Shown: positions 1 through 12,200 of the stretch, piece after piece
How positions within the stretch are numbered: position 1 is the first letter of the stretch
Layout: each line of letters begins with the position of its first letter
NCBI GenBank assembly: GCA_963716255.1
Contig: OY970303.1
Span: 384,001 to 448,000, forward strand
DNA: 64,000 nucleotides
Origin: an uncultured Gemmatimonadales bacterium
Lineage (GTDB): Bacteria; Gemmatimonadota; Gemmatimonadetes; Longimicrobiales; Longimicrobiaceae
Direction: 5' to 3'
Notes under the pieces: model-generated
Database searches by the model: none
What the model was told of the DNA's origin: nothing
Seen by the model: the letters and a program-made list of their open reading frames with translations, nothing else
Program-made: the position numbers and the translations under genes

Positions 1-1343
1 GAGCCCACGGTGCGGTCCGGCCCGGCGGCGATCCCCAGGAGGATTTCCCGGAGCGCGGCGAAGAGCCGCCCGGGGGTGCCCTCCTCGAAGCGGCGCGGGT
101 CGTAGACCAGCTTGAGGTACATCTCCTGCTCGCCGTAGGCGCCCAGCGCCAGCGCGTAGCTGGTGCGGCTGAACAGCGTCAGGCTGCGGCGCAGCCAGGC
201 GCCGCCCTGCGCGCGGAGCACGGCGTCCAGGAAGGCGGCGTCGAAGTTGACGAAGCTGTCGAAGAGCGGCATCCCCGGCGCGAGCTCGCTCCAGCCGCGG
301 ATGGCGGTGAGCTGCGTGTGCTCGTGCTCGCGGAGGGAGCGCACGACGGCGCGCGGCTCGCGCAGCCACTCCCACACCGTCGCCTCGGGGCGCACCCGCA
401 CCCGCAGCGGCAGGTTGTTGAGGAATAGCCCCACCATGGAGTGCCTGCCGCCGTCCGTCCACCAGCGGCTGCCGCGGGTGATGCCGAACACCACGTCGCG
501 CTCGCCGGTGTAGCGCGCCAGCACCAGCGCCCACGCCCCGTGAAGCACGGTGTTCAGGCTCATTCCCTCCGCCGCCGCGCGCTCCCGGAGCGCCGCCGTC
601 GCCGCCTCCGGGATCCAGGCGTCCAGCTGCGGCTGCGCCACCGGGTCGTCGTCCCCGCGCGCCTCGCGCTCGCAGATGGGCGTCGGCTCGTGGAAGCCGC
701 GCAGCATCTCCCGCCAGAACGTTGCCCCCGCGGCCGCGTCGCGCCGCTGCGTCCAGTCGATGTACTCGCGGTACGGGCGCACCGGCGGGAGCTCCAGCGC
801 CTCGCCCCGGCGGATCGCCTCGTAGAGCGCGAACACCTCCTGGAGCGCGACGATGATGGAGCGTCCCTCCAGCACGATGTGGTGGAAGGTCCAGAGCAGG
901 TGCCACTCGTCGGCGGCGGCGCGCACCAGCGCCAGCCTGTGCATGGGCCCCGCCGCGAAGTCGAAGTCGCGCCCCCGGTCCTCCTCCACGTACGCCGCGA
1001 TGCGCGCCTCGCGCTCCGCCGGATCCAGCGCGCTCCAGTCCAGCTGCGCGAAGGGGAGCCGCTCGTGCGCGTACACCACCTGCTCCGGCGCTTCCAGCCC
1101 CTGCCAGCGGAAGCCGGTGCGGAAGATGTCGTGCCGCTCCGCCAGCGCCCGCCAGGCGCGCTCCATGGCCGCGGGGTCCAGCTCCTCGCGCAGCGCGTAG
1201 CGGATCAGGACGTTGTCCACCCCCGTCCCCGGCGCGTACAGGGCGTTGAAGAGCAGCCCCTGCTGAAGCGGCGAGAGCGGGTAGGTGTCCCGGATGGCGT
1301 CGTTCATCTGCTTGGTGTCTGCGGGATGTGCGATGGAAGTCAC
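1..1343 (-). CDS. NRPS subunit 4, N-terminal condensation domain (partial, runs off window)
   Basis: GTG at 1343 overlaps TGA of the upstream gene (GTGA). Translates MTSIAHPADTKQMNDAIRDTYPLSPLQQGLLF...WTFHHIVLEGRS...FGITRGSR...MVGLFLNNLPLRV, open to position 1. Confidence 0.88.
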   Translation of the reverse strand, partial: MTSIAHPADTKQMNDAIRDTYPLSPLQQGLLFNALYAPGTGVDNVLIRYALREELDPAAMERAWRALAERHDIFRTGFRWQGLEAPEQVVYAHERLPFAQLDWSALDPAEREARIAAYVEEDRGRDFDFAAGPMHRLALVRAAADEWHLLWTFHHIVLEGRSIIVALQEVFALYEAIRRGEALELPPVRPYREYIDWTQRRDAAAGATFWREMLRGFHEPTPICEREARGDDDPVAQPQLDAWIPEAATAALRERAAAEGMSLNTVLHGAWALVLARYTGERDVVFGITRGSRWWTDGGRHSMVGLFLNNLPLRVRVRPEATVWEWLREPRAVVRSLREHEHTQLTAIRGWSELAPGMPLFDSFVNFDAAFLDAVLRAQGGAWLRRSLTLFSRTSYALALGAYGEQEMYLKLVYDPRRFEEGTPGRLFAALREILLGIAAGPDRTVG

Positions 1344-3277
1344 GGGCGGGCCTCCCCCTGCGGGGCGGGGTCCGCGTGCCGCGCGGACTCGGCCAGGAAG
1401 AGCGCGCCGGCCTCCTCGTCGGAAAGCTCCTCGATCTCGGCCAGGAGCGCGGCGACGCGCGCCTCCTCGGCGGAGTCGAGGAAGGCGGCCATTGCCGCGA
1501 GCGTCGGCGTGTCGAAGAGCTGCTGGATGGCGACCTCCACGCCCATGCGGACGCGGACGCGCGACGCCACCTGGGTGGCGAGCAGCGAGTGCCCGCCCAG
1601 GTCGAAGAAGTTGTCGCCGGCGCCCACGCGCTCCACGCGCAGCACCTCGCGCCAGATCTCCGCCAGCCGCTCCTCGGCGGCGGTGCGCGGCGCCACGTAC
1701 TCCGCCGCCCCGGCCAGCGCCGGAGCGGGGAGCGCCGCCCGGTCGGTCTTGCCGCCGGGGGTGAGCGGGAGTCGCTCCAGCACCACCACCGCCGAGGGGA
1801 CCAGGTGCTCCGGCAGCTCGGCCGCGAGCGAGCGGCGCAGATCCGCCGCGGCGAGCGCGGCGCCCTCCCGCGGGACGGCGTACGCCACCAGGCGCGCGTC
1901 GCCCGGCCCGTACAGGCGGACGGCGGCGGCGGCCTCCCGCACCCCGGGGCAGCGCAGGAGCGCGGCCTCCACCTCCCCCGGCTCGATGCGGAAGCCGCGC
2001 ACCTTTGCCTGCCCGTCCAGCCGCCCCAGCCACTCCAGCGCGCCCCCCGGGAGGACGCGCACCCGGTCGCCGGTGCGGTACAGCCGCGCGCCCGCCTCGC
2101 CGGAGAACGGATCGGGGACGAAGCTGGCCGCCGTCCCCTCCGGCCGCCCCAGGTACCCGCGCGCCACCTGCACGCCGCCCAGGTACAGCTCGCCCTCCGC
2201 CGCCGCCCGGCCCGTGTCGTCCAGCACGTGCGCCCGCATCCCGTCCACCGTCCGCCCGATGGGGACCGTCCCCCCCGCCCCGTTTCCGCCGTGCCGGTGC
2301 CAGGTGGCCTGGATGCAGGTCTCGGTGGGCCCGTACAGGTTCACCACCTCCGCCCCCGTGGCGGCGCGGGCGCGCTCCGCCAGCTCCGCCGGCAGCGCCT
2401 CGCCCCCGCAGAAGAGCCGCCGCAGCGACCGGCACTCCTCCAGCCCGCCCGCGTCCAGCATGGCCCGCAGCAGCGTGGGGACGGCCTGGAGCACGGTGGC
2501 GCGCTCCCGCGCCGCCAGGCGCGCCAGCCCGGCCGGGTCGCGCTCGGCCCCCGGGGGCGCCATGACCAGCGCCGACCCCGCCAGGAGCGGCGCCCAGAAC
2601 TCCCACACCGAGGCGTCGAAGCTGAACGGCGTCTTCTGGAGCACCCGGTCGCCCGCCGCCAGCGGGAACTCGCCCCCCATCCACGCCATGTGGCTGGCGA
2701 GCGCCCCGTGCGGCACCATGACGCCCTTGGGGCGGCCGGTGGAGCCGGAGGTGTAGATGACGTACGCGAGAGAAAGGGAACAGGGAACAGGGAACAGGGA
2801 ACAGCCTGCAACCGCTGCCCCGGCCTCGCCCTCCGACGTGTCTTTCTCCCCCTCCCCCCTTGCGGGGGAGGGGGCCGGGGGGTGAGGGGCGTCCACCGCG
2901 ACGACCGCGCCCCCGAACTCCGGCAGCCGGCCCCGCAGCCGCTCCTGCGTCAGCAGCACCGGCACCGCGGAGTCCGCGAGCATGTACGCCAGGCGCTCCG
3001 CCGGGTAGGCGGGGTCCAGGGGGACGTAGGCCCCGCCCGCCTTGAGCACCGCGAGCAGGGCGGCCACCATCTCCGCCGAGCGCTCCATGCACACGCCCAC
3101 GCGCGTCTCCGGGCCCACGCCCAGTTCCGCGAGCCGGGCGGCCAGCGCGTCGGCGCGGGCGTCCAGCCCGGCGTAGGAGACCGGGGTCCCGCCGGCCTCC
3201 ACCGCGACCGCGTCCGGGGTACGGCGGGCCTGCGCCGCGAAGGCGAGGTGGACCGGCGGGTGCGGGACGGCGGTCAT
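1340..3277 (-). CDS. NRPS subunit 3, stand-alone A-T didomain (code DAWQFGLIQ, Gln-like)
   Basis: ATG at 3277 overlaps the previous stop (ATGA). Motifs YTSGSTGRPKG, YGPTE, RLYRTGD, PLTPGGKTDR, PCP NFFDLGGHSL. Confidence 0.9.
   Translation of the reverse strand: MTAVPHPPVHLAFAAQARRTPDAVAVEAGGTPVSYAGLDARADALAARLAELGVGPETRVGVCMERSAEMVAALLAVLKAGGAYVPLDPAYPAERLAYMLADSAVPVLLTQERLRGRLPEFGGAVVAVDAPHPPAPSPARGEGEKDTSEGEAGAAVAGCSLFPVPCSLSLAYVIYTSGSTGRPKGVMVPHGALASHMAWMGGEFPLAAGDRVLQKTPFSFDASVWEFWAPLLAGSALVMAPPGAERDPAGLARLAARERATVLQAVPTLLRAMLDAGGLEECRSLRRLFCGGEALPAELAERARAATGAEVVNLYGPTETCIQATWHRHGGNGAGGTVPIGRTVDGMRAHVLDDTGRAAAEGELYLGGVQVARGYLGRPEGTAASFVPDPFSGEAGARLYRTGDRVRVLPGGALEWLGRLDGQAKVRGFRIEPGEVEAALLRCPGVREAAAAVRLYGPGDARLVAYAVPREGAALAAADLRRSLAAELPEHLVPSAVVVLERLPLTPGGKTDRAALPAPALAGAAEYVAPRTAAEERLAEIWREVLRVERVGAGDNFFDLGGHSLLATQVASRVRVRMGVEVAIQQLFDTPTLAAMAAFLDSAEEARVAALLAEIEELSDEEAGALFLAESARHADPAPQGEARP
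2775..2890. repeat. In-frame GGGAACA tandem plus boxC-like palindrome inside an A domain
   Basis: (GGGAACA)x4-GCCTGCAAC and CCCCCTCCCCCCTTGCGGGGGAGGGGGCCGGGGGGTGAGGGG. Same motifs are intergenic at 48383-48545 and 63295-63345. Confidence 0.85.
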
Positions 3278-6200
3278 CGGGGCTCCGCGTCGCGGTCGCG
3301 CTCCAGCGCCGCCATCTCCGCCGCGAGCCGGCCGCCGGCCTCGTCGTCCGACATCCCCTCGATCTCCGCCAGGAGCGCGGCGAGCGCTTCGTCCTGCCGC
3401 CGGTCGATCTCGGCGGCCAGGCGCTCCACGGTGGGGTGGTCGAAGATGGCGTGCACCGGCAGCTCCACCTCCAGCGCCTGGCGGATGCGCGAGACCGCCT
3501 GCATCGCCAGCAGCGAGTGGCCGCCCAGGTCGAAGAAGTCGTCCAGCGCGCCCACCGGCTCCACCCCCAGCACCGCGGCCCACGCGGCGGCCACCCGCGC
3601 CTCCGTTTCCGTGCGCGGCTCCACGTGCGCGCGGACCGCCTCCCCGGCTTCCGGCGCGGGGAGGGCGCCACGGTCCGTCTTGCCGTTGGGGGTGCGGGGG
3701 ATGGCGTCCAGCGCCACCCAGGCGGACGGCACCAGCGGCTCCGGCAGGCGCTCGCGGAGGAAGTCCCGCAACCCCGCGGCGTCCATCGCCTCGCCGTCGC
3801 GGAGCACCACGTACGCGACCAGGCGGGCGCCGCCGCGCTCCTCCCGCGCCGCCACCGCCGCCTCCCGCACCGCCGGGTGGCCCAGGAGCGCGTCCTCCAC
3901 CTCGCCGGGCTCCACGCGGAAGCCGCGCACCTTGACCTGCTGGTCCGTGCGGCCCAGGAACTCCAGCGCGCCGTCCGCGAGCCGGCGCGCCAGGTCTCCC
4001 GTGCGGTACATCCGCCCGCCCGGCCGCTCCGCGAACGGGTCGGGGACGAAGCGCCCGGCGGTGAGCCCCGGGCGCGCCAGGTAGCCGCGCGCCACCCCGC
4101 CCCCGCCCACGTGCACCTCGCCGGGGACGCCCACGGGCGCGGGCCGGCCCGTGCGGTCCAGCACGTACACCCGCGCGCCGGGCACCGGCGTGCCGATGGG
4201 GACGCGCGCCGCGCCCTCGTCCGGGCGGCACTCGTGCACCGTGCACCAGACGGTGCCCTCCGTGGGCCCATACTCGTTGTACAGGGCGGTCCCGGGGAGA
4301 AGGCGCGCGTGCCGCTCCACCAGCTCGCGCGGGCACGCCTCCCCCGCCACGACCGCCGCGGCGGGCGACCACCCCGGCCGGAGCTCCACCTCGTCCAGCA
4401 CCGCCGCGTACAGCGAGGGCACGCACAGCAGGTGCGACACCCCCTCCCGCGCCCCCAGCTCCACCAGGCGCGCGGGATCGCGCCCCGCGTCGCCCAACGG
4501 CACGTGCAGCGCGCCCCCGGAGCAGAGCGTCCAGAAGATCCCCGCCACGGAGCTGTCGAACGAGGTGGACGACAGCAGCAGGAAGCCGCGCACCGGCTCC
4601 GGGTAGCGCGCGAACCGCGCCGCCGTGGAGCGCGCCAGCCCGCGGTGGGTGACCTGCACGCCCTTGGGCCTGCCTGTGGAGCCCGAGGTGTAGATGACGT
4701 ACGCCAGGCTTTCGGGGTCGACGGGAACGGTGCTGGCGTCCGCCGGGGGGCCCCCACCCGGCTCGCTCAGGCTCGCCACCCTCCCCCAATTCTGGGGGAG
4801 GGCTTCCTGACCCTCACCGTTCGTCGTGTCGTTCTCCCCCTCCCCCCTTGCGGGGGAGGGGGCCGGGGGGAGGGGGGTCCCGTCAAGCGTGACGATCTCG
4901 CCCCCGAAGTCCGGCACCGCGGCGCGCAGGTCGTCGCGCGCCAGCAGCACCCGCGCGGCGGAGTCCTCCAGGAGGTAGGCGATGCGCTCGCGGGGATACG
5001 CCGGGTCCACGGGGACGTAGGCGCCGCCGGCGCGCAGCACGGCCAGGATCCCCACGATCGCCTCCGGCGACGCCCCGGCGAACACGGCGACGCGCGTCTC
5101 CGGGCCCACGCCCAGGCCGCGGAGGACCGCGGCGAGCGCTTCCGAGCGGGCGTCCAGCTCGCCGTAGGTGAGGCGGGCGGCGCCGTGCGACACGGCCACG
5201 GCGGCGGGGGTGCGCCGGGCCAGCTCCACGATGCGCAGGTGCACCGGCCGCCCGGCGTCCTCCGGCAGCGGCGCGCCCACGCTGGAATCCGGCAGGGGCC
5301 CGGGCTCGCCCACCTCGCCCACCCGGCCGCCGGGGGTGCGCGCCATCCCCGCCAGCAGCGCCGCCAGGTCGCCGAGCAGGCGCTCCACCGCGTCGCCGTC
5401 GAAGCGCGCCGTGTCGAAGAGCGCGCGGAACTCCAGCGTGTCCCCCGGCGCCACCAGCAGGGCGAAGGGGTAGCTGGAGCGCTCGGCAACGCGCGAGCCC
5501 AGCAGCGCGAGCCCGGCGCCCTCCACCGTGGCCGCGGAGGCCGGGTAGTTCTCGAAGACCAGGATGTGCTCGAAGAGCGGCGTCCCGCGCGGCACCTCGC
5601 TCCAGCGCTGCACCTCGACCAGCGGCGTGTGCTCCACCGCGCGCATCTCCGCCTGCCGCTCCTGCAGCTCCTCCAGCCAGGCCAGCAGCGGCGCCTGGAC
5701 GGGGACTCGCACGCGCACGGGGAGCGTGTTGATGAACAGTCCCACGCGCGACTCCATCCCCGGGAGCCCCGCCCCGCGCCCCGACATCGTCGCGCCGAAG
5801 ACCACGTCCTCCTCCCCCGAGTATCGCGACAGGAGCAACGCCCAAGCTCCCTGCACCAGCGTGCTCAGCGTCAGGCGGTGCCTGCGCGCCAGCGAGCGGA
5901 GCGCGTCCGTCGCGTCCGCGGGGAGGACGAGCTCGCACAGGTCCTGCGGCCCGCGCTCCGCGCCCGCGTCGCGCTCGATCCCCAGCCGCGTGGGGGCGCC
6001 GATTCCGCGCAGCTCCTCGCGCCAGAACGCTTCCTCCGCCGCCGCGTCGCGCCCGGCCAGCCACGCCACGTACTCGGCGAAGGGGCGCGCCGGCGGTAGG
6101 TCGGGCTCGCGCCCGGCGAGGAGCGCCGCGTACGCCGCGAACACCTCGCCCATCACCAGCGGCACGGACCAGCCGTCCAGGAGGACGTGGTGGTGGCTCC

Positions 6201-9200
6201 ACACCAGGCGCCACGCCTCGTCGCCGGTGCGCACCAGCGACACCCGCATCACGGGGGCGGACGACAGGTCCAGCCCGCGCGCCCGGTCCGCGGCGAGGAA
6301 TTCGTCCAGCCCGCGGGGGTGTCCGGCGGCGGGGGCGGAGCGCCAGTCGTGCTCCTCGAACGGGACCTCCACGTCGCGCAGTACCACCTGCACGTCCTCG
6401 CCGGTGGGTCGCCGGACGAAGGCGGTGCGCAGCACCGGGTGCCGCGCGGCGACCGCCTGCCACGCGCGCCGCAGCGCCTGCGCGTCCAGCGGGCCGGCGA
6501 GCTGGAAGGTGAACTGCCCCAGGTAGGTGGCAGGGTCCGCCGACTCCAGCGAGTGGAAGAGGATCCCGTGCTGGAGCGGCGACAGCGGGTACGCGTCCTC
6601 CACCCGGCCGCCCGCGGAATCGACGAGCCGGTCCAGCTCGGCCTGCTCGATGCGGAGGAGGGGGAAGTCGGACGGGGTGGCGCCCCCCGCGCCGGGCGCC
6701 GTGCAGTGGGCGACCAGCTCCCGCAGCGCGTCCAGCCAGGCCCCGGCCAGCCGCTCCACGGTCGCCGCCCGGTGCACGGCCTCGGAGTACGTCCACGCCG
6801 CCTGGAGCCGTCCCCCGGCGATGCCGGCGTTCACCTCCAGCAGGTAGCGGCGGGGAGCGGACGCCGCCCGCGCCGCGCCCGTGGGCTCCGCGGCCGGACG
6901 GAAGAGTGCGTCGGCCGCCCCGTCGCCGTCGAAGCGCCCCAGGTAGTTGAACTGCACCTCCGGCGCGGGGAGCGCCGCCAGGCGCTCGCGGACCTCCGGC
7001 GCGCCCAGCCAGCGCAGCACCCCGAACCCCACGCCCTTCCTGGGCACCGCGCGCAGCGTCTCCTTGGTGGCCTTCAGCAGCTCCGCAGGGCCGCCCGCGG
7101 CGTCCAGCAGCACCGGGAAGACCGAGGTGAACCACCCCACGGTGCGCGACGGGTCCAGGTCCCGGAACAGCGGCTCGTGCCCGTGCCCTTCCAGGTCCAG
7201 GAGGAGCGAGCGCTCCCCCGTCCACCCCGCGAAGGCGCGCGCCGCCGCGGCCAGGAGCACGTCGGCCACCCCGGTCCGGTACGCGGCCGGCACGTCGCGC
7301 AGCAGCGCCGCCGTCTCCGCCTCCGGCAGGTACACGGTGACCGTGCGCGCCCGCCCCTCGGTGTTCTCGCCCCCGGGAAGGTCGGCCGGGAGCGCGGGCG
7401 CGGGCTCGCCGCCCAGCGACAGCCAACCCGGGAGCTCCGCTTCCGCGGCGGGGGAGGACGCGTGCTCCGCCAGTCGCCGCGCCCAGGCCAGGAAGGACGA
7501 AGTCTTCGGCGGGAGGGCTTCCCCGGCGCAGGCGCGCTCCAGGTCCTCCGCCAGGATGCGCCACGAGACGCCGTCCACGGCGAGGTGGTGGACGACGAGG
7601 AGGAGGCGCCCGGGCCGGTCCGACCCCGCGTCGAAGTACACCGCGCGCAGCAGCGGCCCCGCCGCGAGGTCCAGGCTCGCCTGCGCCTCCGCCGAGATCC
7701 GCTCGATCTCCGCCGCCCGCTCCCCGTCCGTGCCGCCCGCCAGCTCCACCCGCCGGAAGGGCACCGCGCCGTCCCACGGGGCGATCTCCTGCCGCCACCC
7801 GCCGCCGTCCCGCACGAAGCGCAGCCGGAGCGCGTCGTGGTGGCGCAGCAGCGCGCCGACCGCCCGCTCCAGCACGTCCGTGCCGACCGGGCGCGCCACT
7901 TCCAGCAGCAGCGCCTGGTTCCAGTGGTGCGGCTCGGGGAGCGGCAGATCGAGGAACCAGCGCTGCACCGGCGTCAGCGGCGCGGCGCCCGTCACCTCGC
8001 CCTGCTCCGCCCGGACCGCCGCGGCCGTGTCGGCCACCGAGGCGAGGCCGGCGAGCGTCTGGTGCTGGAAGACCTGCCACGGCGCGATGCGCACCCCGGC
8101 CGCCGCCGCGCGCGACACCATCTGGATGGACAGGATGCTGTCGCCGCCCAGCTCGAAGAAGTTGTCGTGCGCGCCCACGCGCTCCACCCGCAGCAGCTCC
8201 CGCCAGATGCGCGCGAGCCCCGCCTCCGCCTCCGTCCGCGGCGCCACGTGCTCCGCGCCCCCCGCCGCACCCGCCTCCGGGGCCGGCAGCGCCCGCCGGT
8301 CCAGCTTGCCGCTCGGACCCAGCGGAAGCTCCCCCAGCACCACCAGCGCCGACGGCACCATGTACTCCGGCACCCACCCCGCCAGGTGCGCGCGCAGCGC
8401 CTCCGCGTCCACCTCCGCACCCCGCGCCGCCACCACGTAGCCCACCAGCCGCGCCCGCCCCCCGTCGCTCCGCACCACCACCGCCGCGTCCCCCACCGAC
8501 GCGTGCCGCCGCAGCGCCGCCTCCACCTCCCCAGGCTCGATCCGGAAGCCCCGCACCTTGACCTGCGCGTCCAGCCGCCCCAGGTACTCCACCTCCCCCG
8601 TCGCCAGCCAGCGCGCCCGGTCCCCCGTGCGGTACATGCGCGCGCCCGCCTCCGCCGCGAGCGGGTCGGGGACGAACCGCTCCGCCGTAAGCTCCGGCCG
8701 CCCGTGGTAGCCGCGCCCCACCTGCACCCCGCCAATGTACAGCTCGCCGGGGATCCCCACCGGCGTCTCCCCCAGCCGCCCGTCCAGCACGTGGATGCGC
8801 GTGTTCGACACCGGCCGCCCGATCGGCACCGTCGGCTCGCCGGGCACGCACGCGTGCCAGGTCACGTCCACCGCCGCTTCCGTCGGACCGTACAGGTTGT
8901 GCAGCTCCGCGTGGGGCATCCGCTCGAAGAAGCGGTCCCGCACCTCCGCCCCCAGCGCTTCGCCGCTGCACACCACCCGCCGCACGCTCCCGCAGCGCGC
9001 CGGCTCTCCCGCGTCCAGGAACGCCTGGAGCATCGACGGCACGAAGTGCAGCGTGGTGACCCCCTCCCGCTCGATCAGCTCCGACAGGTAGTGCGGATCC
9101 CGGTGCCCGTCCGGCTTCGCGAGCACCAGGCGCGCCCCCGCCAGCAGCGGCCAGAAGAGCTCCCACACCGACACGTCGAAGCTGAACGGCGTCTTCTGGA

Positions 9201-12200
9201 GCACCACGTCGTCCGCCGTGAGCCCGAAATGCCGCTGCATCCACAGCAGCCGGTTGACGACGCCGCGGTGCGCGTTCATCGCCCCCTTCGGCTGCCCCGT
9301 GGAGCCGGACGTGTAGATGACGTAGGCGAGGTTGTCGGAGTCGACCCGACCCCCCTCCCCCCTTGCGGGGGAGGGAGCCGGGGGAGGGGGGTATCCACCA
9401 CGACCACCTCGCCCCCGAACTCCGGGATCGTCCCGACCAGCCGCCCCTGCGTCAGCAGCACCGGCACCGCCGCGTCCGCCACCATGTACGCCAGGCGATC
9501 CGCCGGGTAGCCGGGATCCAGCGGCACGTACGCCCCGCCCGCCCGGAGCACGCCCAGCAGCGCCACCACCAGCTCCGCCGAGCGCTCCATGCACACGCCC
9601 ACCCGCGTCTCCGGGCCCACGCCCATCCCCAGGAGCGCCGCGGCGAGCGACGCCGACCGCGCGTCCAGCTCGGCGTAGGTCAGTGTGGCGCCCTCGAAGG
9701 CGACGGCAACGGCGTCCGGCGTGCGGCTGGCCTGCGCCTCGATCAGCGAGTGGAGCGTCGACGCCGCGCCGTCGAAGGCCTCGGCGGTGTCGTTCCACGC
9801 GGCGAGCCGGGAGCGCTCCGCGTCCGTCAGGAGCGGGAGGTCCGCGACCGGCGCGTCCGGGGCGGCGAGGGCGGCGTCCAGCAGCAGGCCGAAGTGCTCC
9901 GCCATCCGCGCCACCGTGTCCGCGTCGAACAGGTCGGTGGCGTACTCGATGGAGGCGCGCAGCCCGTCGTCCTCCGCGGCCACCTCCAGCGTCAGGTCGA
10001 ACTTGGAGGTGGCGCGCCCGGCGCCCTCCTGCGCGGCGACCGCCACGCCCGGGAGCCGCGGCGCCGCCGTGGGCGCGTTCTGCATCACGAACGCCACCTG
10101 GAACACCGGCGTCCGGCTGCGGTCGCGCTCCGGGTGAAGCTCGTCCACCAGCCGCTCGAAGGGGAGGTCCTGGTGCGCCCATGCGTCCAGCGCCGCCTCG
10201 CGGACGCGCGCGAGCAGGTCGGCGAAGCCGTCCTCCGGCGCGACGTCGGCGCGCAGGGCGAGCATGTTGACGAAGAAGCCGATCAGCCCCTCCGTTTCCT
10301 CGCGCTGCCGGCTGGCGACCGGCGTCCCCACCACGGTCGTGTCCTGGCCGGACCAGCGGGCGAGCAGGAGCTGCCAGGCGGCGAGCAGCACCATGAACGG
10401 CGTCGCGCCGCGCTCCCGGGCCACGGCGTCCACCCGCTCCGCCACGGCCGCTGGGAGGGCGAAGGCGTGCAGCGCGCCGCGGCCGCTCCACACCGGCGGG
10501 CGGGGGCGGTCGACCGGGAGGTCGATGGCGCGCGGCGCGTCCGCCAGCCGCTCGCGCCAGAAGGCGAGCTGCCGCTCCAGCGCGTCGCCGCGCAGCCAGC
10601 CGCGCTGCCACGCCGCGAAGTCCGCGTACTGCACGGGGAGATCGGGGAGCGCGGCGTCCTCGCCGCGGAGGCGCGCCGCGTACAGCTCCGACATCTCGCG
10701 CACCAGCACGCCCACCGACCACTCGTCGGACACGGCGTGGTGCATGGTGACGGAAAGCACGTGCTCGTCGGCCCCAAGGCGCAGCAGGAGCGCGCGGAAG
10801 AGCGGCCCGCGCTCCAGGTCGAAGCCGCGCGCGGCCTCCGCGCCCACCCTCCGCCGCGCCTCCGCCTCGCGCTCCGCCTCCGGGAGCGCGGACAGGTCCT
10901 CCACCGGGAGCGCCCACCCGCCCGCGGCGGCGACGACCTGCGCGGCGACGCCGTTCGCGGTGCGGAAGGTGGTGCGCAGCGACTCGTGCCTGCGCACGAC
11001 CTCGCCCAGGCCCCACTCCAGCGCCGCGGCGTCCAGCGCCCCGGACAGGCGGAGCGCGCCCGCCATGACGTACGCGGCGCCGCCCGGCTCCAGCTGCTCC
11101 AGGAACCACAGCCGCTCCTGCGCGAAGGAGAGCGGGAGCACCCCGTCGCGCGCCGCGCGACGGAGCGGCGGCGGCGCCTCCGCGTCGCCCGAGCGAGTGC
11201 GGCGCACCCGCTCCGCGAAGGCGTCCAGCCGCGGCGCGTCGAACACCGCCCGCAGCGGCACCTCCACCCCCAGCGCCGCGCGCAGGCGCGAGACCACCTG
11301 CATGGCCAGCAGCGAGTGGCCGCCCAGCTCGAAGAAGCCGTCGCGGGCGCCCACGCGCTCCACGCCGAGCACCGCGCCCCAGGCGCGGGCGACGATCTCC
11401 TCCTCCGGCGTCCGCGGCGCCACGTAGGCGTCCCGCGCGCCGGCGTGGGACACCTCCAGCGCCGCCAGCGCGCGCCGGTCCGTCTTGCCGTTGGGCGTGC
11501 GCGGGAACGCGTCGAGAGCGACGAAGGCGGAGGGCACCATGTGCTCCGGCAGCCGCTCGCGCAGGAAGTCGCGCACCCCCCCGGGAACGCCGCCGGCCAG
11601 GTACGCCACCAGCCGCGCGTGCCCGGACGCGTCCTCCCGCGCCACCACCGCCGCCTCGCCCACCTCCGGGTGCAGCGCCAGCGCCGCCTCGATCTCGCCC
11701 AGCTCCACGCGGAAGCCGCGCACCTTGACCTGGTGGTCGGTGCGGCCCAGGTACTCCAGCGCGCCGTCCGGCCGGCGCCGCGCCAGGTCGCCCGTGCGGT
11801 AGGCGTGCGCGCCGCGGCACGCCTCCGGTGCGAACGGGTCGGGGACGAAGCGCTCCGCCGTCAATTCCGGCCGCGACAGATAGCCGCGCGCCACCCCTTC
11901 GCCGCCCAGGTACAGCTCGCCCGCGATCCCCGCCGGCACCGGCTCCAGGGCGCGGTCCAGCAGGTACGCGCGCGTGTTCGCGATCGGCCGCCCGATCGCG
12001 ACCGGCCCCTCGCCCGCCTCCACCCGCAGGATCGTCGACCAGATGGTCGTCTCGGTGGGCCCGTACAGGTTCCACAGCTCGCCGCAGAGCGGGAGCAGCC
12101 GGTCGGCCAGCTCCCGCGGCAGCGCCTCGCCGCCGCAGAGCGCCTTCAGCCCCGGCGAGCCCGTCCACCCGGCCTCCAGCAGCATCCGCCACGTCGCCGG

